DNA of 63,990 bases, filler included, from Blastocystis sp. subtype 4 (lineage: Eukaryota): NCBI RefSeq assembly GCF_000743755.1. It is 3 parts of 3 records of this genome, joined end to end, with 100 filler letters (N's around TTAATTAATTAA, not from the genome) between each part and the next. Parts side by side here need not be neighbours in the genome. Positions count along the whole stretch, not along the records: positions 26,091 to 52,047 come from NW_014569397.1; positions 52,148 to 63,990 come from NW_014569246.1; 1 more part is not named here. One strand, written 5' to 3'. A program made the position numbers and the translations under genes. Below, piece after piece: positions 39,968-52,484 of this stretch (position 1 is its first letter; every line of letters starts with the position of its first letter). The notes below the pieces were generated by a model. It ran no database searches, had not been told where the DNA came from, and was given only the letters and a program-made list of their open reading frames with translations.

Positions 39968-41244
39968 TTATAGAAACTTCCCGATATTCACAGGTGGAGA
40001 TACTTGCGAGGCCATCTCTGGTTGTGGAGACTTCTCATTCACCTGTTTCAACGGAGTAAACGTAGCTGCAACCTGGAATACATGTCCCTCATAATCCATA
40101 ATTGATCCAAGGGTCAGAAGACAAGGAAACTGAATCTACCATTAAGAAGCAGGCTTACACCTACAGCTTTTGATGGATTCTTGATCACACACACAAAAGA
40201 ACGTGCTGTTTGATGTTGTGAATTCACTAACTGACTGTATTCGCTACATGTCACTCTTCTTCTATTTCTACCTCCAGAATATAGATAAATCATTCGGTGA
40301 GATAATGTCGAAGAAAGAAAGCTTATTTAACTCCTCCATTGACTCATACCCGAACAATCTACATTATACCTACAACAGATATATACTTCATGAAGAAAGT
40401 ATTTCCCTTCAAAAGTTTCCCAGAATTGATCTGAGCTACCATACAAGGCAGACTGTTATTCATCCAAATACTCTTGTAATCGATTCCACACTTTCGTGAA
40501 GATACCTTCTCTGCTTCTTCGATCATACGAGCACTCACCTCCTTAGGGTCACAGGGTACTGTTTTTGATCCCAACTGGTGAACCATACAAGGTTCATCGT
40601 CTTCCATTGAAATTCCAGTAGCTGGAAGAGTTGAAGTATCGACATTACGACTGAGGAAGTGATTGTCATCTTCATCAGACTCAACTTCCTCATCCGATAC
40701 ACCTGTAGAAACTAAACTACTAATGTCTAGGATTCAAATTAAGATAGTATAATGTACAGCCAAGATTCGTATTCAAACGATCTCTCTCTTTCATCAGTTC
40801 GCGCATATAACTCACTGCAGTTTCAAGAGTGGACACCTTATCACTCTTGTGGGAAATATTGGCATTCTAGAGAACAATACAACTACAAGAACGAACATCC
40901 AAAATGACCTTCAAATCTTCTACACATTTGTTGATATTTCGAACACGTTTCTTTTCTGCCTCATTATGGTTCTGTTTTCGCTGCAGTTCTCGCATCGGGT
41001 TATAGTCACTGGAAATTAGATTTACTGGAAAGAAAATCCTACGTAGAATTCATTTCGTAGGACGGATAATCATCCAAGTGAGTTCCATCACCAACTACAG
41101 ATCAGCACAAGCAAATAATAACTCACTTGAACCTCCAGATTCTTTCATTCCATTCCAACCAGCTGTTCCTCGGTTAGCACGAGAACGCAGATTACCACTT
41201 GATCTGGAATAGGAAGAATCTCCTTCGTAGTCAGCACTACTCAT
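39968..41244 (-). CDS. bHLH-PAS transcription factor (multi-exon)
   Basis: bHLH HNEAEKKRVRNINKCVEDLK..SDKVSTLETAVSYMREL, followed by PAS-like IDYKSIWMNNSLPCMVAQINSGKLLKGN. Confidence 0.72.
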
Positions 41245-41711
41245 GACGCAAAGCCTATGCACCAAGAAGAAATAGAAACTAAAGGAAATGCAGACGAAAA
41301 TCAGGGGGTATTTGTGGAATCTATTTCTGCGTAGTTCATTTATCTTAAATAGATACTGAAAACACCCAAATAGTAGTTATGAAGTGATAATAGATTCAAT
41401 CAAAACTTCACCGCTGTTTGGTACTTCTCCAAGTGGTTCGCATCTTCCTCTTTCAGTGTATGGAGAACGATTCATCGTTATGTCATTATCTTTCTTTCTG
41501 TTGTACTTCATTTCAATACCTCAGTTAGTCATTAAATGGTTTATGAAGAGTACTGTAACTTGTCAAATTGAACTGCACGAAACTCCCTCGTACGTAGGAC
41601 AAATCTTATTAATCACGTCATCTTCTTTTTCTCGTTCATTTCATTTCTTCAATGTATTCCAATTTATGGAAGTTGTATAATATTCTTAGATCTATCCACC
41701 TCAGCAGTTAA

Positions 41712-43829
41712 ATGTCTCGAATTGACGCATATCGTACAACTTGCATCAGCGACGTCGTAGAAATCCGTCGTGCCCCTGAAACTGGATTCGATCCCGAACC
41801 TGATACAATGTGCAATGTATGGAATCTGTTCGTGATCTGATGTGAAGGCAATGATCCGTGCAGCAAAGAATTGGAGTGACCAGACAGCTCTCGTTAGTAA
41901 GGATGATGTAACTTATACATTCAAACAGTATTATGATAATGCAATGAAGTAATCTAATGTTCATGGATTTCACCTAGGTTTGCAAAAGCTGCAAGGAAAT
42001 ATGGTGTTAGAAAGTCTTCTTGTGTTGGTATCATTGGTTTCAATTCTCCTGAGTACTTCTTCACCCTTCACGGATGTTGGATGCTTGGCGCTGTTTCTGT
42101 AGGAATCTATACCACCAATGCTCCCGATGCTTGTCATTATGTACTTCACCATTCCGAGAGTATGCTGTGCGTGTGTCAAGGAGGAAAGCAGGCAGAGAAG
42201 ATTTATGGAATTCGTAACCAACTTCCCAATCTGAAGGCGATCATCGTGTATTGGCCTGAAGATGGAATTCCGAAGGATGATGGTAACGGAGGTGCAAGAG
42301 TGTTCACTTGGGATGAATGGATGAAGTCTGGTGAAGAGACTCCTGACGAAGAGATTCTCGCAGAAGCAGCTAAAGTGCAGCCTGGTAACTGTGCCACGTT
42401 GATTTATACGAGTGGAACCACAGTTTGGATTGAATAAAGGAGTGATGAATAGGGTGATCCAAAAGGTGTCATGATTAGTCATGACAGTTGTATATTCCAG
42501 TGTCTGGGTATTAAGATCCGTATTGGTCTTGATGGTCATGATCGCTATGTCCCTCTTCTAAGCATGTGTAACTTCTAGACCTCTTTCCTCCCTCTCAACC
42601 ACATTGCTGCTCAGTATGTAGATGCAATGGTCCCTGTGGTTAACAATGTTTGTGTGTACATCTGTCGTCCAGATGCTCTGAAGGGCTCTCTGGTACAGAC
42701 TCTGAAGAAGTGTCGTCCTACACTCAGTGTGGCAGTTCCTCGTCTCTATGAGAAAATGGCCGAGAATATTAAGAAACAGCATGATGAAGCTTCAGTAGGA
42801 TTCTTCATTATTGGTCATAGATAGTTCATCAAACGTAAGATCATGGATTGGGCTATGGGTATTGGCTATCGAGCATGTATGTCTCGAGAGTACAAGAAGG
42901 TATATACTCGTCCTGCTTTTTATGGTCTCGCTGATCGTCTTGTATTCCGTACTGTGCGTGAAGCACTAGGATTTGATCAGTGTCGTGGTCTGGTGGTGAG
43001 TGCGGCTCCTGTCAACATTGAGACTCTCCGCTTCTTCGCGCAGTTCGATATCCAGATCAGCGATTTGTTGGGACAGAGTGAGGGTTGTGCTCCTTTCGCC
43101 TCCAATTCCTATGTGGATAATCAGTGGAAGATGGGTTCGGGAGGCCTACCAATGCCTGGTGTTACGGTTCGTTCCAATGAGTTGGGTGAGCTTATGTATC
43201 GAGGTCGTAATGTGATGATGGGGTAGGAGTGAATGAGATGATGAATGTTAGATACTTGAAAATGGAGGAAGAGACCAAGAAGACTCTAGATGCTGAGGGA
43301 TGGCTACACACCGGAGATCAGGGTCATGTCGATGAGGATGGGTTCGTGTACATTACGGGTCGTCTGAAGGAGTTAATCGTCACCTCAGGAGGTGAGAATG
43401 TCTCTCCAGTTCCTATTGAGAATCGACTGATGGAATTATGTCCTGAGATCAGTAATGCAATTGTAGTAGGTGACAAGCGGAACTATCTTTCGTGTCTCAT
43501 CTGTCTCAAGACAGAGATGGATCCAGTTAGTGGAGAACCTATGCCAGAGTTGAGTAAGAAGGTGGTGGAAAAATCGAAGGAGATTGGCAGTGAAGCAGTA
43601 ACATGCGAGGAAGCTTCTGTCGATCCCAAGTGGCATGACTATGTTGGCATTGCTATTGAGAAGTACAACAAGGAGTATGCAGTCAGTAATGCTCAGTGCA
43701 TTCGTAAGTGGGTGATTCTGAAGAATGATATTTCTCTGGGAAAGGGAGAACTCACCGCTACGATGAAGATGAAGCGTTCGGTTGTAGTTCGGAATTATGC
43801 CGAAGAGATTGATAACATTTACAAGGAGT
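41712..43829 (+). CDS. ACSBG: Long-chain fatty acyl-CoA synthetase, bubblegum type (multi-exon)
   Basis: IGFNSPEY, GIYTTNAPDAC, IYTSGTTGDPKGVMISHD, GWLHTGD and ITGRLKELIVTSGGENV.P. Predicted poly(A)-made stop at 43829; genomic TAG ends at 43843. Confidence 0.9.
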
Positions 43830-43833
43830 TTTC

Positions 43834-43841
43834 TGTTTGTT
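43834..43841 (+). terminator. TGTTTGTT downstream polyadenylation element (ACSBG)
   Basis: Exact motif 4 nt after an in-frame T. Confidence 0.8.
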
Positions 43842-43901
43842 AGTTTCCACGGGAATCATACTTCGATTAGTATTTATTCTTACAATAGAACAGTAGGAGT
43901 C

Positions 43902-46079
43902 ATGGAGAGAGATGTAGAAAGGAAAACTTCTAGCTCACCTGTCCATGATTCCTCGAAAGTACCTGTATCTTATGGAACTCCACAGAAGAATCGACGTAGT
44001 TCTGGGAATGGGGAGAAGGTGTCTGAAGAAGGATTCTCGTTGATGAAGAATCTCACTCCAGTACTTTTGCGGAAAAAGCGGGATTCGATTACTGACAAAC
44101 AGAAGGTGCGGAAGAGTATGGAAGCACCTGTATTTCGACAACCCTATTTTGCGATGGATCAAGCAGATGAAGAAGAGAAACAGCGTTCGCTTTCTGTGGA
44201 TGACGATGATGAGAAGGAGATTCGCCAGTTTGATAAAACCATTCTTCACCAAGTTACTCGTTATCGTTTACTCCGAAGTGGAAATGCGTATTCCAGGTCT
44301 ACAAAACTTCAAGACGACGATAATCTCTCTCTTAACAGTGATGGGCGGGTAAGTGATGGCTTCAGTCCCATCGGAGAAGATCTGGAAGGTTCTGGACAGT
44401 TCTCAAGTCGATACCAAAATCGCCCAATGCCAGCTCAAGTGGGTTCATTGAATGTCCGTGAGATGGCAAGTTTCCTTGAGAAAACAGACTCGTTCATTCG
44501 TCGAATCGATACTGGAGGGGATTCTGGGTCACATTCTAAGCTCGTAAATGAGGTTTCCAGTATGCCGTTCAAGTCACGTCAGATCCCAGATCGTGGAAGT
44601 TGGAGTTCAGCCTTCTCAACAGAGATGATGGGATCCCATTGTGGTAGTTTCCATGGTGACGATACGATGTTACGAATGGAACAATCCGTTGAGTTGCAGC
44701 GAGAGAACTTTCGCCTCAAAGGTCGTTTGATGGAGCTCCAGCAGCGTTTAGAGAAGAGTGAGAAGGAGAACATTCGATTACGAGAGAAGATCAAGCGCCT
44801 TCAATGTGCAGATCCAACAGAGGAGTCAGAAAACAGTGGAGGTGACTGTTGGAACTCATCGCTTCAGACATTCGAATACTCGCAGAAGAATCTGACAGAG
44901 TTGTTGCAGTGTATGGGATTTGAAGAGAGTATTATCAAGCAAGTGGGAGTACAAATTGAGTTAGAGTATCAGAGGTAAGATTGATCATATACCTTGATCA
45001 ATAGAGGATCTGTGAAGGGAAATGTCATGTTAACAGCTCTAGCATATACATTTGATGCTCTGATGCGATCCTTCCTACAACAGAGTCATGAATTCTATTC
45101 TCCTCTTATCACTCAATCCCAGGTTACTTTTATTCCCAATACGTCTCTTCCAGAGTATGAAGATGAATTCAAAGATTTTATCGATTGTTTATGTCAGGAA
45201 CGTTATGTCAAGTATTATGATCGCATCAAGAAATTTTGTCTCGATAATTGGATTTCCCTTTTTTATCACTATGCGAACAAGAACGGGAAGTCCTTCAGTG
45301 AGATTATTCATGACTTTTCTACCTCACTGGATACAGATTTAGAACGAGCTTTTGGTCAGGATATTGAATGTGATTTAGAATCTCGAGATATTCGAGAGGG
45401 GATTGAACAAATGCTGATGAATCTGGTAGATATTAAGTGAATGATGGACTGTAGTTTGGTGGAGAGATTCTATTGCGGAAAATGAGGAAGAATGATCCGA
45501 AGGATCAATTGTTGAATCATCACATTCATGTTCTCCAATTCCTCAAACCTGAACATCTGGATATTCGTGAAGGCAATAACTGAAATTGAAACTGATCTAT
45601 AGAGTACACAAATCACCCTGATTTTGAAGTGGCTGTGTGTCAACTCCGATCCATGATGTTTTGCAGATCTCCAAAATTCCAATTACTGTGTCTTGCAGAC
45701 ACGACTAAAACACTCTTTCGCATTCTTGGCGAACAGAATTCCAGTGCTGACGATTTTCTGCCACTTTTCATTTATTGCGCACTTCGAACAGATTATTCGC
45801 ATCTTGGAATTCTAACAGAGTACATTAATGACTTCCGAAATCCTAAAGAACTTGTAATGGGGTAGGAATACGAAGGATGGGTAATGGAAGAGATGGATAT
45901 ATGTTAGTGAATCTGATTAGTGCTCTTCAGTTTATTTCTTCTATCGATGCTAGTTGTTTGAGTATCAATCCTCTTGATTATCAGCTGTAGGTGTTTGCAG
46001 GTGAATTTATTTGTAGGATGTATGCTGCTTCTCAGGAGAAGATCCATGAAGCAGAGTATAAGCGACTATCTATATTTTG
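43902..46079 (+). CDS. VPS9-domain Rab5 GEF (multi-exon)
   Basis: SADDFLPLFIYCAL and GYMLVNLISALQFI are VPS9 motifs. Predicted TG+A stop at 46078-46079; genomic TGA at 46090-46092. Confidence 0.78.
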
Positions 46080-46083
46080 GAGT

Positions 46084-46091
46084 TGTTTGTG
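46084..46091 (+). terminator. TGTTTGTG downstream polyadenylation element (VPS9 gene)
   Basis: Motif variant 4 nt after an in-frame TG. Confidence 0.7.
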
Positions 46092-46273
46092 AACAAAAGG
46101 AATATCATTCTATGGGATAAATCTAAAACTGTATGTTCTATTACGAGCAAGTACTAGAGGATGACACATGTCTGTTAAACAACCTTACTATATAAATCTC
46201 CACTCTGTTCTTGAACCAAATTCAATGCCTTGTTAAACGAAGAAAACGGCGGGAAAGACATTTCTTTCTTACC

Positions 46274-49200
46274 ATGGCTGAGATTCGAAAGATGTCGATT
46301 CAGGGAATCCGAGCATTCTCTCCTTTCGAATCGAAAACCATCAAGTTCTTTAAACCACTTACTATCATTGTTGGTGATAATGGATGTGGGAAAACAACGA
46401 TTATTGAATGTTTGAAGATTGGCTGTACTGGTGGATTGCCTCCAAATGTTGCAAATGGACAAGTTTGGTCGTATTTGTCGTTAGTGACGTTGTAGTCGTT
46501 TGTTTCGGATCCTAGGTTATCTCATCAGGAAGAAGTCAAAGGACAGATCAAAATGGAATTTCTAAGTCAGGATGGAAAGACAGCTTTGTGTATTCGGTCA
46601 TATTCACTTCGTGTAAATGTAGGTCAAGTTGGATTCTTATTATAAATGTGTAGAAAGAAAAATTAGTATTCAAATCTCTTGATCAGACTCTCAGTATCGT
46701 CGATCAGCGTGGAGTATCGGTATTTCGTTTAATAATCATGTTGATAGATAGAATGCGATTAGTAACCGAAGTCGTGATATTGATATGTTGATTCCCCAAA
46801 TGCTCGGTATGTCAAGGGCAATCATCGAGAATGTCATCTTCTGTCATCAAGACGAGGCCAACTGGCCCTTAGCTGACGTAAGAATGAGAGGTGGATGCAA
46901 TGATAGAGTCATGAGTTGAAAAAGCGATTTGATTCTATTTTCGAAAGTACCTTTTACACGAAATCACTAGAAGCGATTCGCAAAGAAAAGAAAGACAAAA
47001 AGGACGAACTGACAGAAGCTGAGAAGGATGAGATTGATAAGAAGAACAAATTTGCTCAGGCCCAAAAGATTCGTCAGGAAATGAGTCAGATTGAAGGTGA
47101 AATAGCAAATTACCAGGAATCCTTAGCGAAATTGAATGAACTTCTGGTGTTACAGAAAGAGAAGAAGGTTGATATTGACCAAAAAGTCCAGAAATACACC
47201 CAAATTCAACAGGCGATAGAGTACTGTGAATCCGAACTAGTCAAGCAGAATCAGGTAGATACTACGAGATCAGATCACAAATAGCGTTGTAATTCTCTCC
47301 GTGAATCTCTCTCTGAACGACTAGACCTTACAGAAGATGAAATGAAGAATGAGTTGTCATTAATCGAAGCAAATTCTGCCAAGTATGAATGGTGATAAGA
47401 CATGAGGAGTAGAAGTATTCATGAGATGGAGAGTGTAATGCAGCAGAAGAAACAAGTTGAGAAACAGTTGGAACAAGTGACAAAGTAGGAATCATTGAGT
47501 GGAATCATTTGAAGCACATTGAATTCATATATCCAGATAACTGCAGGGAAGCGAGCAGTTTTATCAAACAATCAGACTAAGTTCCAATCGCATCTAAAGC
47601 AACTGTTTCCCTTGCTGGATCCGGCTTCGCAAAAGGATCTGCAGTCATTGCTGGAGTGTTCTGTGATTACAGCAGAACAGTGGGAGAAGTGTCTGCATGT
47701 ATTGGAGGAGACGAAGATGAGGAAAGAACAGGAGTTGGCAGTGCTGAAGGAACAGGCTCACTCAGCCCAATTGGAGCTGACAGTAGCTCAACAACAACTG
47801 AAGCAAAAGGAAGTGGAGGAAGGAGCTGCTCAGCAGGCAATTGAGAATGAGTTAAGAAGTGCTGAGGATGCATTGACTGCCACTCGAGACCTTCTGCGAG
47901 TAAGTGTGAGGAAGAAAGGTGATATATAGACAACAGAACAACGACTGACAATGCTGAGACGGGGAGAAGATGTTTCATATGATGTCTTGATTGAGAGAGA
48001 GAGAGAGAAATTGAAGTTGAATCAACAAGCTCTGGAGACAACAGAGAGTCAAATGAAGGCTCTGGAGACATCTTCACAGCTCTCACAGAAGCAGGAAGAA
48101 TGGAAACAGGCCCGACAGGCTCATATGAAGGCAAGAAAGGCTTATGAAAGTGCTTGGAAACGTCAGTCTCGCATTCCAGCATCTTCGCTACGTCAACACA
48201 TGGAAACGCAAAGGCAGCAAGCGGAGACTGCATGCATTAAGTCACTTCAACAAGCAGGATATACGTATTCACAGGCAGATGTTCCCGCAGTATGGTTACA
48301 GAGCCAATATGCATCACTCACACAGTCCATCACAGGACTACGAGTGGATGTACGTCGAGGGAAGCAAGAATGGGAAGAACTGAATCATTCATTGGGATGT
48401 GTGGAAGGTCAACTGACTGCGCTGAAACAACAGAAGGAGAATCTTCAGAATCAAATTGAGAGTCTTCAAGCAGAGATTCAAGCAGAGTACATGGAACTTG
48501 GAATTCAAATGGAGTTATCAGATGATGGATTCTCTTCAGTGATTAATAACCTTGTGTATCATAAGGATTCCACTACTTTACAAATCACATTATCCACGTC
48601 AGTTCTCACAACACTTAGCAAACATTATCTGTTTCTTCAACTTCAAGAGCAAGACTCCATGTTGATACCTCAAGTTGATTCATTTACGAAGCAAATGACT
48701 GTGAGATTGCAATAGAGTCATCATCAATAGACCTTACAGAAGAAGGCACAAGCCAAACAGATGATGTTTGAATCAGCCCAAACGAAAATGACAGAACTGG
48801 AAGGTATTTTGAAAGAGTTTGATGTTTGGCGAATTCGTTGTTTGGATGTGGATGAATTGAAGGAGGATCCAATTGACGAAGGAGGGGTGGATTTGAAACG
48901 ATTGGAGAAAGAGGTGGAAGAGGCGAAGCAGAGAGAGGAGCAGACGTTAATCAGTGTTCAGACTTGTACAGAAGAAGAACTAAGAAAACGTCAGAAACTT
49001 CAATCAGAGTATGATGAATTGAATCGTCTTGTGAAGAAGAATGAAGATAACTTGAAAGAATATGAGCAAGCTATTAGGAATAGTGAGAGTAAGAATCACA
49101 AGGTTTCTAAGAACTAGTATGGAAACAAGAGTATGAGAAGTATTCAACGCTCTGCCTAGAACGAGAGAATCATGTGAACATGTTAAAACAGAAGAAGGAA

Positions 49201-50546
49201 GAATTGGCGAGGGATGAACGCGGATCAGCAGTCATGCAAGAATATCAGACAGCTGTAACAATGAAGACAAATGAATGGGTAGGAGTGAGAGGAGAGAATG
49301 ATGGAAGAGAAACAAGGAACGAAGTGTGATGGAAGCTAGGACAACATGGGAGAGACTACAGCGAGAGAGAGAGATGATTGCAGGATTGGCATTGGTAAGT
49401 ATCCAACAGGAGATTCGGTATCTTACAGAGAAGCAAGAGGCTGAGAACCAGAAGAAGGAGGAGCTGGAGAAGTCTCTTCATTCTCTGGAGCTGACGTTGA
49501 ATTCACTTCATTCTCAAACTGACTCTGTTCGTCTTCGAGTAGCAGTGTTGAGGGCCAATCTCCAATTGATGACAGAAACCCAAACGATTTCTGTCATGAC
49601 AGTAATTGTCGTGATTTCAGTGAACAGTAGAATAAACTCACTGCTTTACGGAATCAGCAAATCGCTGTGAATATTGACACTCTTCGAAAGGACCAAGATG
49701 CCCTCGAAATGAGTATTCACCAAAATAGTGCTAAGTTTGGATGATCGAATGGTTCTGATAGTTAGACTAAGTCAGGCTGAAGGTGAGATTCGCCAGCTTC
49801 AGAAGCGCAGGGATACGTGTTCGGTGATAGAGTGGATGATAGATGATGCATAGTGTGAGCTTCATTCACAGGAGTATGTGGATATTGATAGACGCTATGT
49901 GATCACGCAAACACGTGTTCGTCTACTAACTCAGCTTATTCGTGATTTAGATGTATATTCCCGTGGGATAGAGGAGGCGTTGCTTCAATATCATCACACG
50001 AAGATCAAGGAGATCAATGAGAGAATCAGTGAGTTGTGGAGTCAAACATATCAGGGACAAGATATCGAATCAATTGAGATTGAGAGCAAGAGTGTAGTCC
50101 GAGGGAATAAGAAACTGTTTGAGTACTCTGTGTATATGGTTAAAAACCATTCTCGCTTACAGATGCGATCACGCTGTTCAGCGGGACAGAAGGCTTTGGC
50201 TGCTCTGGTGATTCGTATGGCTTTAGCCGAGTCATTTTGTACGGGGTGTGGTATGCTGGCATTGGACGAGCCGACAACGAATCTGGATCAGGAGAATAAG
50301 GTGGCATTGGTATATTCATTGGTTCAAATCATCAAGTATCGAAAGGAACAAAAGAACTTCCAGTTAGTAGTAATTACTCATGATGATGAATTTGGACGAT
50401 TGGTAAGAGATTCGAAGGATTATAAGAACTAGTTAACACAAGCGGATTTAGGAGATCATATGTATTATTATCGAATTAGTAGAGAAGAATCAAGTCATGT
50501 TCCTGGACTGTATGTAAGTAATATTGCTCGTCAATCTTGGTCGTAA
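46274..50546 (+). CDS. RAD50: DNA repair protein RAD50 (multi-exon)
   Basis: [38 protein letters not shown], long coiled coil, [18 protein letters not shown] and VITHD. Confidence 0.93.
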
Positions 50547-50586
50547 CGTGTTTGTTCCAAACAGACAATATAAAGGATAAAACTAC

Positions 50587-51720
<1,134 letters not shown>

Positions 51721-51798
51721 GTTTCCAAAGAAATGAATACAGATTCTGTGTCTAATATAATAAAAAGTACATCTGGTATATGATCAAACAACTTGTAA

Positions 51799-52047
51799 TT
51801 AATAACTATTACGAATGATATCACAAGCAACATCAGCATCAATGTCTTTATCTTCACCGAAATGAATATTAGCAGCAGTGAACTTAGCATGAACTTCATC
51901 AATCCATGCCTTGTCCTGACTACAATCACATTCACTAATATGAGTATAAACACCCATATCCTTCGAATAGAAATCATCAATCATTTGAATGCAAGTTCGA
52001 GCCTTCTCTTCAACAGTTCCTTCAGTCACTCCAAATACTCTTTCAGC
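51799..52047 (-). CDS. C-terminus of iron-containing alcohol dehydrogenase (YqhD/BDH-like), 5' part in gap
   Basis: AERVFGVTEGTVEEKARTCIQMIDDFY..MGV...FGEDKDI resembles the YqhD-family C-terminus. Confidence 0.65.
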   Translation of the reverse strand, partial: AERVFGVTEGTVEEKARTCIQMIDDFYSKDMGVYTHISECDCSQDKAWIDEVHAKFTAANIHFGEDKDIDADVACDIIRNSY

Positions 52048-52147
52048 NNNNNNNNNNNNNNNNNNNNNNNNNNNNNNNNNNNNNNNNNNNNTTAATTAAT
52101 TAANNNNNNNNNNNNNNNNNNNNNNNNNNNNNNNNNNNNNNNNNNNN
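52048..52147. other. Assembly gap with TTAATTAATTAA linker (52092-52103)
   Basis: N-run with embedded palindromic stop linker. Confidence 0.95.
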
Positions 52148-52484
52148 CTGGTACTAACTCAACTCGTAATGACTTAGCTTCCTAGATCAGACGGGTTAGG
52201 GCGCTTTCCACTAGATATGACCGTTCTTGTTTTCATTTCTTTCACTGCCCTTTTTCAACAACACATTCTTATCCTCACATCACTTTCAATCCAACATATG
52301 CAATCCATTGCATCAAAACACTGAAGAAAGAGATACTAGTTTTCTTGAATGAGGAGAGTCTACCATCTTTCCCTCACTTCTTAATACTACTCTGAGTTAA
52401 CTGCTTCAACTTCCCCAATTATTCTTTAACAGTAACCATAACATTCATGTCATTGTTCTCTTTGCTTTCATTCTGAGAATCCTC

